From the human T2T-CHM13v2.0 reference genome, Homo sapiens: a stretch of DNA of 64,000 nucleotides. The position numbers were made by a program, and so were the translations under genes. The notes beneath the pieces were generated by a model that did not search any database, had not been told where the DNA came from, and saw nothing but the letters and a program-made list of their open reading frames with translations. This document shows, in pieces, positions 1 through 15,261 of the stretch (position 1 is the stretch's first letter; every line of letters begins with the position of its first letter). Location: assembly GCA_009914755.4 (NCBI GenBank), contig CP068257.2:24544001-24608000 (forward strand), in the 5' to 3' direction.

Positions 1-275
1 CCACCTCTAACACTGGGATTATACCTCAACATGAGATTTAGACAGGGGCAAATATCCAAACTCTACCACCTGGTTTTCAGGTCATTCTAGAGCACTAGCA
101 GCTACCCTGGCTTAAATCCTGAAAAGTATCAAATTTATGTGTTTTTGACCGACATAAGAAAACAGGTCAAAGATTTGCTTAGTCCATTGTACCATTTCTG
201 CCTTAACTACTTGGGAGCTACTGGGAATTTTCTATTTTTAAAATCAGGTTGTATCAAGATTGTTTGGTGTTTTTC

Positions 276-594
276 TTTTTTCTTTTCTTTTTTTTTTTTT
301 TTTTTTTTGAGACGGAGTCTTGCTCTGTCGCCCAGGCTGGAGGGCAGTGACGCGATCTCCGCTTGCGGCAAGCCCCACCTCCCGGGTTCACACCATTCTC
401 CTGAGCGCCTCAGCCTCCCGAGTAGCTGGGACTACAGGCATCCGCCACCATGCCTGGCTAATTTTTTGTATTTTTAGTAGAGACGGGGTTTCACTCTGTT
501 AGCCAGGATGATCTCGATCTCCTGACCTCGTGATCCACCCACCTTGGCCTCCCAGAGTGGTGTGATTACAGGCGTGAGCCACTGCGCCTGGCCC
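276..594 (-). mobile_element. Alu SINE (young, CpG-rich, AluY/Sx-like), antisense, flanked by about 15 bp TSD TGTTTGGTGyTTTTC (261-275 / 596-610)
   Basis: Poly-T at 5' side then reverse-complement Alu consensus (gagacggagtcttgctctgtcgcccaggctggag ... ggcgtgagccactgcgcctggcc). Direct repeats flank the element. Confidence 0.9.
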
Positions 595-1127
595 TGTTTG
601 GTGCTTTTCGACCAAAATCTCTAAACAACTCCAAAAGCCATAAACAGACTAAGCTAGAAAAAGGCAGACAAAGATATTAGAAACTAAGCTTGAGTAACTC
701 AAGTCTTTAATGCTGTCTTACTAGTCTCAGTAATTCAGCACCTAGGAAACATCCACAGAAGACATTTTATCAATCAAAACAAAGAAGCTCGGGCAAGCAC
801 AGTGATGTGTGCTCACTCATAGATAGACTTGTTTTTGAAATTAGTCTTCAGTGATATTCATTCAGTGTGAGATTTAGTCTCCATAAACCGAAGCACAACA
901 CAACTTGAAGCTTTACTGGACCCTTGGGAGTGAGAAGCAGTTCTGTAATGTGTCTGTGATTAAGTAGCAGTTTCATCCTGATTTTTCAAGCTCAGAGCTC
1001 TCTACCCTTTCACATGCTTGAAGACAAGATGTTGGACAACTGGCCCAGAGGATGTTTTCCTCTCATTTCTGTAATCTTCTGATAAGGAAGGAACGATGTG
1101 ACTTAACATGACTCTCCTTCAATCTGA

Positions 1128-1490
<363 letters not shown>

Positions 1491-2699
1491 TGAAGTCTCT
1501 CTTTCACAACTCTCTTACAGTTCCTGTTAGTTGAGGAAAAAAAATCTGGAATTACAGTGTTTACAACTGAAAGGGATGAAGTAGTCATTTAGGCCAAGTC
1601 TTTAATTTGATGAGGACTTACTGGAGAGCCAGATAAATGAAGTCCCTTGCATATGGTCATATGAATATTTATTGGCAAAGCTTGGCCTTTGTCCTCCTGA
1701 CTTCCAGATCTCATTTCATCTTGTGGTGCTTCCAGCATCTGGCCACCTTGCTAGACCTGAGTCATAAAAGCAATGGGGCGCTAAGACCAGCCATACTATA
1801 GGAAGTGGTGACAGTTTCCTCATTTAAAGTTGGGTTGTCTTTCTAGAATCTTAGAGTTGGAACTCAACTCAGAAATCACCTGTTTGATCCTCCCACAAAG
1901 GCAGGTGTCTCTCTTGCAATATTCTTGAGACAATCATCTGGCTTCTGCCTCCTTATTTTCTATTATCGGGAGCCAGCTTCAGGAAATAAAACATTTCACT
2001 AGAATTTTTGTGTTGTTACATTTAGCTAAAATTTACCTTCTCTTCACTTCTGTCCTTACATCCCAACACTGCCCCATGCAGTAACACCAAATGCAAAGAC
2101 AGACTGTGCTTTCAACCACAGGGCACTCCTCTAGAAGTGTTAAAATACTTATCCAGTATTTCCTCAAGCTTCTCTTTTTTTCTCAAAGCTAAATATCTGA
2201 TTTTTCTAAACTGTGCCTTATAGGTTACAGTTGCTGGATCCCTTGTGATGCTGAACTTTGGATGTATTCCTTTTGGCAAAATGACTGTATCCTACTTATC
2301 CACCAATTTGACAGATATTTAATAAGCACCTACTAAGTTGCAGGAGATTTAAAAAATACAAGCATGTAAATAAGAAAATATACAAAGTGATATATAACAA
2401 TACAGGCTGTGGAGAAAAATTAAGCAGAGCAAGGGGAGATGGAAAATTTGTGTATGGTTAGGAGCTTGGGACCTTGCTATTCTATTAATACAGTGATCAG
2501 GAAAGGCCCCACTGATGTAGTGAGCTTTGAGCAAACAAGTAAAGGAAATGAGGGAGGAAGACTTGCAACTGTTTGGGGAGAGAGGATTTGGGCATAGAGA
2601 ATAGCTCCTGAGGCAGAAATAAGTCTGATGTGTTTGGAGAACAGCGAGGTGGCCCTTGAGGCTCCAGTGGAGGGCGTGAGTGGGAGAGTGGGAGGAAGT

Positions 2700-3075
2700 G
2701 AGGTCAGGGAGGTTGTTATGGGCTGAATGGTGTCTCCCCGGAATTCACATGTTGAAGCCATAAGCCCCAGAACCTCAGCACATGACTGTATTTCGAGATA
2801 ATGTCTTTAAAGACCTAAAATGAGGTCACTAGGGTGGGCCATAATCCAATATGACTGGTTTCCTCACAAGAAGAGGAAATTAGGACACAGATGGGCACAG
2901 GGGGAAGACCATGTGACGACACAGGGAGAAGAGAGCCATCTATAAGCCAAGCAGAGAAGCCCCCAGAGAAGCCAATCCTGCTGACACCTTCATCTCAGCT
3001 TCCAGCCTCCAGAATTGTGAGAAAATAAATTTCTGTTGTTTAAGGCATCCAGTCTCTGGTACTTTATTATGGCTG
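2700..3075 (+). mobile_element. MaLR (ERVL-MaLR) solo LTR, MLT1-like
   Basis: Matches remembered MLT1 consensus blocks: ccccggaattcacatgttgaagccataagcccc ... cttccagcctccagaattgtgagaaaataaatttctgttgtttaaggcatccagtctctggtactttattatggctgtcctagaaagctaacacag. Confidence 0.6.
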
Positions 3076-3482
3076 TCCTAGAAAGCTAACACAGAGGGGA
3101 AAAGGGCCAGATAGTATAAGACCTTGAAAACCATTTTAAGTTCTTTGAGCAGAAGGGGAGCCAGTGAGGGTTTCGGAGCAGATGAAGGTGATGACTGGGC
3201 TCGTATTTTAAAAGCATCACTCTAGCTTCTGTACTGAAAGCAGTCTATGGGGAGGCAAGGACAGAAGGAAGAAAACCAGGAGGAGGCTATTGCAGAAATG
3301 TACATGAGGGTGGAAGGTGGTGAGGAGAGGGAAGTTTTGGAATATATTCTGAAGTTAGAGCCAAAAGGATTTTCTGATGAACTGAAATTGTGATGTGAGA
3401 GAAAGAAAGGAGTCAAAGATGACCCAAGGCTTTTGGCCACAGCAACTTGGAGAACGGAGTTAACATTCATTGAGATGGAAAG

Positions 3483-3665
3483 AACTGTAGGAGCAGCGGG
3501 CTTTTTTTTCCTTCTTCAACTTTTAAGTTCAGGGGTACATGTGGAGGATGTGCAGATTTGTTACATAGGTAAACGTGTGCCATGGTGATTTGCTGCACAG
3601 ATCAACCCATCACATAGGTATTAAGCCCTGCGTCCATTAGCTATTTTTCCTGATGGAGCAGTGGG
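3483..3665 (-). mobile_element. L1 (L1PA/L1PB-like) 3'-end fragment, antisense
   Basis: Poly-T followed by ttttaagttcaggggtacatgtggaggatgtgcagatttgttacataggtaaacgtgtgccatggtgatttgctgcac, the reverse complement of the L1 3' terminal region. Confidence 0.7.
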
Positions 3666-3858
3666 TTTTAAGGGGGAGGACCAAGAGTTCAGTATGGACA
3701 CATTAAGATTAAGATGCCTACTCATCTTTGAGTTTGAAATGCCAGCTAGGCTGTTGGATGCATGAATTTAGAATTCAGAGGAGTGGTCAGGGTAAGGATA
3801 CAGATGGTACTGAGTGAGATCACTTAGGGTGAAATGAGGACAAAAAGAAGGCTTTGGA

Positions 3859-4135
3859 GGCTGGGGATTGTGGCTCATGCCTGTAGTCTCAGCACTTTGA
3901 GAAGCCGAGGTGAGTGGATCACTTGAGGCCAGGAGTTCAAGACCAGCCTGGCCAACATGGCAAAACCCTGTCTCTACCAAAAATACAAAAATTAGCCAGG
4001 TGTGGTGGCAGGCATTGTAATCCCAGCTACTCAGAAGGTTGAGGCATGAGAATGGCTTGAACCTGGGAGGCAGAGGTTGCAGTGAGCTGAGATGGCACTA
4101 CTGCACTCCTGTCTGGGCCACAGAGTGAGACCTGG
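3859..4135 (+). mobile_element. Alu SINE (older, poly-A eroded)
   Basis: ggctggggattgtggctcatgcctgtagtctcagcactttgagaagccgaggtgagtggatcacttgaggccaggagttcaagaccagcctggccaacatggcaaaaccctgtctctac ... gcagtgagctgagatggcactactgcactcc. Confidence 0.85.
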
Positions 4136-4597
4136 TCCCCCTGAGCACCCCCCCAACAAAGTAAAGGATTTGGGATTAAGCCCTAGTGTACTTGGAAATG
4201 TTGAGGTTGTTAAGATGAGCAGGAAAAAGAGAAGCAAGCAGAGGAGGGGCAGCGAGTGGAGTAGGAAGAGAAAGAGGGTGGTTTCCAAGGAGCCAAGTCA
4301 AGAATGTGCTTCGTGAGGACAGAATGATTACTGGGTTGATGCTGCAGATACTGTGTGTCAAATAAGGTAAGGACTGCATTGTATTTAGTGATAGAGAGGT
4401 CATTGCTGACACTGACAAGAGCCAGTTCAGAATGGTGGGGACAGAAGTATGATTTGAGTGGGCTCAAGAGAGAGTAGGGGAAAGAAATTTGAGTCCAGCA
4501 ATGATTAAAATATTCTTTGGGAAGACTTTTGCTGTGAAGGGAGCAAAAAGCTGAAGGTAGCTAAAGAGAGATACCAAGAGAAGGTAATTTTATTATT

Positions 4598-5205
<608 letters not shown>

Positions 5206-5442
5206 CAAAGAGGCTTTTTTTAATTGAATATGTGAAAATATATTTGTATGCAGAGGAGAATGATTCTGTAACAAAGGAAAATGGACAAAGCAGGAGAAGG
5301 AACAATTGTTGGAACAATGTCCTAGAGTATAAGAGAGAGTGGCACACTGAATACAAGCACAGGAGTTGGTCTTAGATGGGACTGACATCTCTAGCTATAT
5401 TACCTTATAGACAGCCACATGTAGCTATTTAAATGTAAATTA

Positions 5443-5809
<367 letters not shown>

Positions 5810-6175
5810 TCAATAGCTGCATATGGTTGGCGACTACAGTACTAGACAGCAGCAACAAAGAATATTTTGGTCATTACAGAAAGATCTGCTGAGCATGCCT
5901 GAGCTGAGAAATGAGGGAAGGCAGACATATGTATGAGCGCCTATGCAGAGAGGTGAGTAGATGTGGTTGCGGGGAGCTTGTGGAAAGTCTTTCCTGATTT
6001 CTTCTGTTTCTCACTAAAGGCTACTTAGGAGAAGGACCTGGAGCTTTGAGGAAAAGGTGCAGACTATATCTTTAGGAGATAGAGAGAGTGAGGGGACACG
6101 GGGAAAATGGCAGAATTGCAGAACAACTTTTAAGATCCACTTCAGGCCAGCACAGTGGCTCACACCCGTCATCCC

Positions 6176-6436
6176 TTTTTTAAAAACTTTGAGACAGGGT
6201 CTTGTGCTATAACCTAGACTGGAGTGTGGTGGAGCGATCTCGGCTCACTGCAGCCTCAACCTCCTTGACTCAAGTGATCCTCCCACATCAGCCTCCACTA
6301 CACCCGACTAATTTTTGTATATTTTGTAGGGACAGGGTTTCACTATGTTGCCCAGACTGGTCTCAAACTCCTAGACTTAAGCAATCTGCCTGCCTTGGCC
6401 TCCCAAAGTGCTGGGCATAAGCCACCACAACTGGCC
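6176..6436 (-). mobile_element. Alu SINE (antisense) inserted into the host Alu; about 15 bp TSD CACACCyGTmATCCC (6161-6175 / 6436-6450)
   Basis: tttttaaaaactttgagacagggtcttgtgctataacctagactggagtgtggtggagcgatctcggctcactgcagcctcaacctcc ... cctcccaaagtgctgggcataagccaccacaactggcc. Confidence 0.85.
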
Positions 6437-6566
6437 ACACCTGTAATCCCAACACTTTGGGAGACCGAGGTGCGAGAATCGCTTGAGGCCAGTTCAAGAT
6501 CATCCTGGACAACGTAGTGAGACCTCTTCCAAACAAAAAAGAATTTTAAAAGTTAGTCAGGTGTGA

Positions 6567-7237
<671 letters not shown>

Positions 7238-7686
7238 TGTGGTGCTCATCTGTAGTGCTACCTACTTGGGGGGCTGAGGCCAGAGGAGCCCTGGAACCCA
7301 GGAATTTGAGGTTGCAGTGAGCTATGGTGGGCCACCACACTCCAGAGCCAGCCCATCTCTAAAAATAATTTTTAAAATATCCACTTTAGGTTAGTGATCT
7401 CTAATTTAGGGAAACCAATCAGCATGCTGTGTAGTTTTTTCCAACTTATGTTCACTGGCATGAATGCACTGTTACAGTAGGTAGAAAGCTGGGGCTAGTC
7501 CAATGAGTGGTTCTCTATCCTGGCTGCATGTTAGAATCACCTGGGTGAGTTATTTAAAAAAAAAAAAAAAAATCAGAAGCCTCATCCTTGTAGCCAAAGG
7601 ATCTGATTGAACATTCTGAAAATGGGGCCTGAGCAACGAACAATCTATTTAAAGCTCCCAAGGTGATTCTAACACAGACATGCTTT

Positions 7687-8005
7687 TTTTTTTTTTTTTT
7701 TTGAGACAAGGTCTCCCTTTGATGCTCAGACTGGAGTGCAGTGGCGCCATCTTGGCTTACCGCAACCTCAGCCTCCCAGGCTCAAGCGATTCTCCTGCCT
7801 CAGTCTCCTGAGTAGCTGGGATTACAGACGCATGCTACTACCACCTGGCTAATTTTTTTTGTTCTGTTTTTTTTTGTTTGTTTTTTTTTTTTTTTTTGTA
7901 TTTTTATTAGAGATGGGGTTTCACTGTGTTGGCCTGGCTGGCCTTGAACTCCTGACCTCAAATGATCCACCCACCTCAATCTCCCAAAGTGCTGGGATTA
8001 CAGGC
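7687..8005 (-). mobile_element. Alu SINE (antisense) with long internal T-rich linker
   Basis: ttttttttttttttttgagacaaggtctccctttgatgctcagactggagtgcagtggcgccatcttggcttaccgcaacctcagcctcccaggctcaagcgattctcctgcctcagtctcctgagtagctgggattacag ... cctcccaaagtgctgggattacaggcc. Confidence 0.9.
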
Positions 8006-8444
8006 CAGATACGTGTTTAAGAACCACGGAGTTAGAGTAAGAATGTGGAGGAAATGTGCAGAGTAGAGATGAAGGATGGGGAACTGTGTTACTGATGGAT
8101 CATGGGTTCCACAGGTGCAAAGAAAGGCACTCAGGATTTGTGCAGGGATGGGGGACGGGATGAGATTGAGAAGTGTTCAAGGCTGATGAGCAATGAGAGA
8201 TGGGCTGGGAATCTAGGGCTTCTTGGGTGACAAATACAAATTGGGTAAAGGGCACATGGAGATTTGCCATGCTGGTCTAAATCAGCACAATCAACATAAA
8301 TGTAGTACAGATAATTTTAAATCTTTTATTGACCTTACTAGAAAAGAAACAAGTAAACTTAGTTTAATAGTATATTTTGTTATCCAATGTATGCAAAATA
8401 TTATTTCTTTTTTTGTTGTTTTTGCAAATTTCTTAAAAAAAAAA

Positions 8445-8578
8445 ATACAGACAGCATCTTGCTTTGTCGACCAGGCTGGTCTCAAACTCCTGGCCTCAAA
8501 CTCCTGGCCTCAAGCAGTCCTACCACCTCAGCCTCCCAAAATGTTGGGACTACACAAATGAGCCACCACACCCAGCCC
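8445..8578 (-). mobile_element. Alu monomer / FLAM-like fragment (antisense) with internal 15 bp duplication ctcaaactcctggcc x2
   Basis: acagacagcatcttgctttgtcgaccaggctggtctcaaactcctggcctcaaactcctggcctcaagcagtcctaccacctcagcctcccaaaatgttgggactacacaaatgagccaccacacccagcc. Confidence 0.75.
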
Positions 8579-10429
8579 CAAATATCATTTCAACATGCAA
8601 TCAGTATAAACATTACTGAGATATTTGACATCCTTGTTTTTTTATAGTTAGTCTTCCAAGTTTGTGTGCATTTTACACTTCAAGCACATCCCAGTTCAGA
8701 GCAGACACATTTCAAGCGCTCGGTAACCACATGTGCAGTGGACCATGCAGGTCTAGGTGGTGGTGATGAGGTCGCAAATGTTGGATGATCTCTACAGAAC
8801 ATTCCTTTCAGAATACAAACATACTATAATATACTCAATCTTAAGGCAGCTGTATATGATTATATAGAATTATGTTCTTATTTAACCCAATATAGCTTTT
8901 CCAGAAAAGTATCATGAGAGTCTTAGTCACATGCTCTGCTAAAGTCCAAAAATTCCATGTTGGCCACACTTATCTAATAGAAATTAGTCTGGCATGAATT
9001 TCCTGGTGAATCCGTGCGAGCATCAGCTTCCAGAGGTGTCAGTTTCTTTTTTCTGTGTATTCTCATGCCAGTCTTTTAACAATCCAGTCTGCCTGCTTGC
9101 TTTCATTTGTGTGGAGCTGATCTTTTCTTATTTTCTGACAGTTGAAGTTACTTACTCTGGGGGAGAAAGGACGATGGGAAAATGAGCAACCACTTGCCAT
9201 TTAAGTGGTAGCAAAGCTGGATTTGATTTATTAGACCTGATGCTAGGATTCCAGATTATTATAAGCAAGAAACGGCTTGCATTGCTTGTGGAGGATCACG
9301 TGACAAAGGATTGACCAATCGACCATGGAAATAACTTGAAACTAAGTTGCCAAAGAGGGGGTGGTTGGAGGACAATGTCTAGATAAAAGGGCACCAAGAA
9401 AAATGAAGGAAAGGATGTTATGGAGAGAAAAGCAACAGAGAAGAGTGCCCTCACACGTGCTCGCAGAAAAAAATCAGGAAGTCGACTGGGGAAAAAAAGT
9501 TTGTGTGGATGCTTCTCTGTCTACGTACTGATGCTCAGAGTGGGAAAGAAGCAATCTGGTATTTTAACACAGGGAAGTAGACATGGCTTCATAGATGACA
9601 CCAAGTGTTGGTAGAATAAAACTGATAACTAGAGTTAAGGAATGAGAGTATAGTTCTTTTTCAAAAGAAACTGACCTGGGAGTATGCTCTTTTGCTTGCC
9701 CAGCTGGAAAAACATTTAAAAGCTCCCTCTTCAAACAGACAGCTTGAGTAGCCCCAGACCCAGGCGAACTCTTTGTCATTGTCCATGCCATTAGGGCAGG
9801 ATTTTAAAACAGGATTCTCACATCACTGCTCTACGTTGGAACACTGAATCAGATTATCTTTATCAGACAGTCTACACTCTATTCCCCCTCTTGTTCTGGT
9901 TTTATGCATTTCTGTGCTAGACTGAGTACATAATTTGTCAATAAAGCACGGATTTTGTGAATCAGACACATCCATGTTAAACCGGGGTCCATCATTTCCC
10001 ACATGGTGACATCATTCCTATTAGCTAAGCTTAGTCTCTATCCTCCTCTACAAAATGAGGATAATGCAACATACTCCCTGGGGCTATTATGAGGCTCCTG
10101 GGGCTATTATGAGGCTTAGGGATGACATCTGCGAAGGGCTTGGCACCAATGGGCATTCAATAAATGCTAGTTGGGTATCGAGACTGTGGACTCAATTTAG
10201 ACAAAGATTTTTCATCTGGTTTAGCTGGTTATTATATATGACAAAAAGAGATCACAATGTGATAGTTGGCTAAAGCAGTCTGAGTCTTAAGTGAATTCTG
10301 CTCAGGGCCTTAAAAATAGACAAAGGAAAAATGAGAGCCAGGCTGGGACATCTTCAACAAAAGTTTGACATCATTCTTGTGAAAGTATTGGGAGGATTCT
10401 GATGGGTGGCCTTTAGTCTGACATATTTC

Positions 10430-10990
10430 AGCCTTCACTCTTTCTCATCACCTTATTGAGCTATAATTCACATACCGTACAATTCACTCATTTAAACTGT
10501 ACAATTTAATAGTTTTTAGTATATTCACAGAGGTGTGCCACCATTGCCACAGTCAATTTGAGGGCATTTTCATCACTTCAAAAACAAACCCCTCTGCTTC
10601 TCTCTCCCCCAGCCCTAGGCAACCACTAATCTACATTCTTTCTCTGTAGATTTCCTTGTTCTGGGTATTTTATATAAATGGAATCATACATTATGTGGTC
10701 TTTTGTGATTGGCTTCTTTCACTTAACATAATGTCTTCAAAGTTCATCCATGTTGTATCTCGTGTCAGTACTTCATTTCTTCTTATGACCAAATACCATT
10801 CCACTGGATGGTATACCTTATTTCATTTGTCTGTTTGTCAATTGATGGGCATTTGGGTTGTCTCCACCTTTTGGCCATTATGAATACTGTTGCTGTAAAC
10901 ATATGTGCATAAGTCTTTGTGTGGGCATTAAAAATAAAAAATTTCCTTTGAGTATATGCCTAGGAGTGGAATTGCTGGGTTTCAGCCTTC
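10430..10990 (+). mobile_element. Older L1 (L1M/L1P-type) 3'-terminal region
   Basis: Characteristic blocks aaatggaatcatacattatgtggtcttttgtgattggcttctttcacttaacataatgtcttcaaagttcatccatgttgtatc ... ttgatgggcatttgggttgtctccaccttttggccattatgaatactgttgctgtaaacat ... tgcctaggagtggaattgctgggt. Confidence 0.7.
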
Positions 10991-11349
10991 TCTTGGTTTT
11001 TCTGTTACAGGGAAGATCAAGAGTTAAGGACTGTACCATTATCCCCCTAAAAGACTTTCCTGTAAGAATCTTAAGTTAATAATGACTGAGCACCTACTGC
11101 ATACCAAGTACTATTGTAGGCATTGGGCAGCTTCAGTAGGCGTATCGGATTCTAGTCTCTCCTGGGTCAAGATGGAGCCTGACACTAGTGACAACTTTTA
11201 TTCACAGCAGTCATTATTGTAGGCTACCTTATGGGAACATCTGGTATGCCCAACTTACAGGGTTGCTGTGATACTTTGAGTATCATGCTTTTTCTATTTA
11301 CTTGTGTATGTCTGCCTTTAGCTAGAGGCAGTAAATGTGGATCAAAAAT

Positions 11350-12025
<676 letters not shown>

Positions 12026-12586
12026 GCAGCCGTACAGCTTTCAAAAATGAAGAGAGGAACTCGTGGGCACTACTGGCATACATCTAAGAATAAAATGTGA
12101 ACAATCTGGTTGTTGTGTTATAACAACTTGGTTAATACAATATGATATTGATGAGATGCTCCCAACTCATCTTGGAGTAACTGAATGATGCTACCTGAAA
12201 GGTAGATATGAGTAGGAAGTGGAGGTATACAGGGGCTGGAGTGGGGCAAGGAGGCTTTCCAGGCATGGAGAAAAGTGTAAACTAAGACACAGCTTATGTG
12301 AGAAACAAGCATAGTACAAGTAATCTAGTGTTGCTGGATCATAAGGGCTTCTGGGATAAAGAATCTTCAAAGAAGGAGAGATATAATTGCTTAACATACA
12401 GCTCACCAATGGGATTATGCAATGATTTATAACTGTCCCCTAGATAGCTGTGTGGCATCAGACAAGCCATTAACATCTCTGTGCCTCATTTGTCATCAAA
12501 TGCTGCATGGGAATAAAACGTCGTGAATTATCTCCTTTCTAAAGTGACACATGAATTGCTAAAAAAAAAAAAAAAAGAAAAATTAA

Positions 12587-12890
<304 letters not shown>

Positions 12891-14744
12891 TAAGAACTTT
12901 CTAATATTGTCCTATATGTAGCCAAGCCTTGTGCAGATAAAGATTATTATTGCCGTTTGGGACAAGTGGATGCTTTCAGAGAGTCTTAGTTGAGGTTTCC
13001 TAGAGGCTGAACCTGAGATAGAGATCCTTATGCAAGTGGTTTATTGAACTTACTAGTTTTGGAAGAAACTAGTAAGAAGGTGAGGGAAGCAGAAAAGGGC
13101 AGGAGGAGAAGCAAATGCAAATGTTAAAATAGAAGGATTTAACCACTTTCAAAAAGAGGGCACTCATTTACAAAGTAGTAAAGGACACACATTTAATTAT
13201 ATAAAAATGTGCATAGATGTTTGGAAATTTTGACATGTAGTCACAGAATAATGTGAAAATTATATACAATTATTGACATTCAAATAGCAGAAACATAGAA
13301 AGTCAAAGGTTGGCCATGGATGACCCTCATCAAGGGCAAATGTGTACACATCTATGCACTTATATTTAATGGCAATGAACTTGTCAGCTACAGCCTGTTT
13401 GACATTTACAGAATGATGTGTGATAATGGGATTGATGAATTCATTAGCATTATGAATCATACATAAATAGAATCTTTAGCACATTTTATTAAGTGTGAAC
13501 TAAAATATGTTGTTTGGAGAGGACAAAGATTACAAATGTTTTAAACTGGGTTCCCAAAGGGCAAGGAAAATTAAACAGTCAGATTCCACCCTAAATGATC
13601 AAAAGGTGGAATGTACATCTCAGTCACGTTGTGCTGATGTGGCAGTAGGGCCAGAGGAGTTTTGGAAAATCCAAAGAAGCACAAAGCTTGAGTATGAGCA
13701 TAAAGGAAAACACCAAGCGCTGAGTCAGACACTGGACAAGAAGTTCTTTTCTGATTTTTCAAATGAAAAGACTGTACAGTTGAGATTAAGGTTCATTAAT
13801 TTATTGATTCAACCAATATTTAGAGAGCACCTCTTACGTGCTGGGTCCTGTGGTTGTTGCTGCAGTTACAGACATGAAGAGGCAGGAATGAGCTCCCAAG
13901 CCAAGTATGCAGGATTGTGTCATTTCTCGTTCCATGCTTTTTGCTAATCATGTCTGGGGGTTTATAGGCTGTGTCTACATTTGTGTGGTTTCCTAGAGAT
14001 TTCAAATATTAAAAAATATCCAAACCCCTTCCCATTGCCTTAAACTCTTCCCTTAATTCATATTCCAGAATTGCCACAGGGAAAAATGGATCTCTTCTTT
14101 CCCCCAGGAAAAAAACCCCACAAGCTTATAGTTATGGTAAATTAATTGGTGAATATTCTTCATTAACTATTCTGTATCTTAATTTTTTTCCCTGAAAAAT
14201 GAAAATGTTACTTATACCACTGGGAGCATTTTGCTGATTATTAGTATCCAAGGTATAAAATTTTTTGAGATTCTGGGAACAAGAACTCCCCCATGGAGAG
14301 ATTAAACTACCTTCTCTTATACATTATAGAGTTTACTATCTTGATTTATTTCTTCTTGTTGATCTCTAATCCATCCAATAACCATAGCCACTAGTAATTG
14401 TGAATATCTTTTTATTATATCGGGTTTCTTGTAACTTTGAGGATTTTGTTTTAGTAAATTAAATATATTATTTGTACATGTAATTTTGCTGCATAGAACA
14501 ACTGGATTTCTGGATAAGTAGCTTGAATGTTATGTCCTAGAGAATAGGAGTTTATTACTTGCTAATATGGCTTATTACATTCTGATGAATATTTTGACTA
14601 TGATCTGAGTTGAATTGATAGGAATACATTTTCGAAGTACTTAAAAATTATTTATGGTGGTTCTTTTGTAGTGTTTTCCTTTTTATAAAACCACACTGTC
14701 TGAGAAGAACTCTCTTACTTCTGTGTCTTAACTTGTGGGAACAA

Positions 14745-14882
14745 TTTATTTATTTATTTATTCATATTAGAGATGGGGCCTCATAATGTTTCCCAGGATG
14801 GCCTCAAACTTCTAGGCTCATGGGACCCTCCCGCCTCAGCCTCCCAAGTAGCTGGGCCTACAGATGCCCACTGCTGTCCCCG
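14745..14882 (-). mobile_element. Alu monomer-like fragment (antisense)
   Basis: tttatttatttatttattcatattagagatggggcctcataatgtttcccaggatggcctcaaacttctaggctcatgggaccctcccgcctcagcctcccaagtagctgggcctacagatgcccactgc. Confidence 0.75.
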
Positions 14883-14919
14883 ACTATCTATATGAATTAT
14901 CTTTATCATTGAAAATTTA

Positions 14920-15261
<342 letters not shown>

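Noticed and set aside
9280-9330. CG-containing stretch with CCAAT (ggatcacgtgacaaaggattgaccaatcgaccatgg) as a possible promoter
   Set aside because: Only a handful of CpGs over under 60 bp. No CpG island, no TATA/Inr context, no downstream ORF or first-exon signal. Insufficient.
11085-11200. MIR SINE core (tgagcacctactgcataccaagtactattgtaggcattgg)
   Set aside because: Resembles the MIR core but is too short and diverged for me to call reliably without an alignment tool. Left out of features.
13507-13947. 146 aa plus-strand ORF
   Set aside because: No similarity to any protein family I recognise. Its 3' part overlaps a MIR-like segment (catttattgattcaaccaatatttagagagcacctcttacgtgctgg). Likely spurious.
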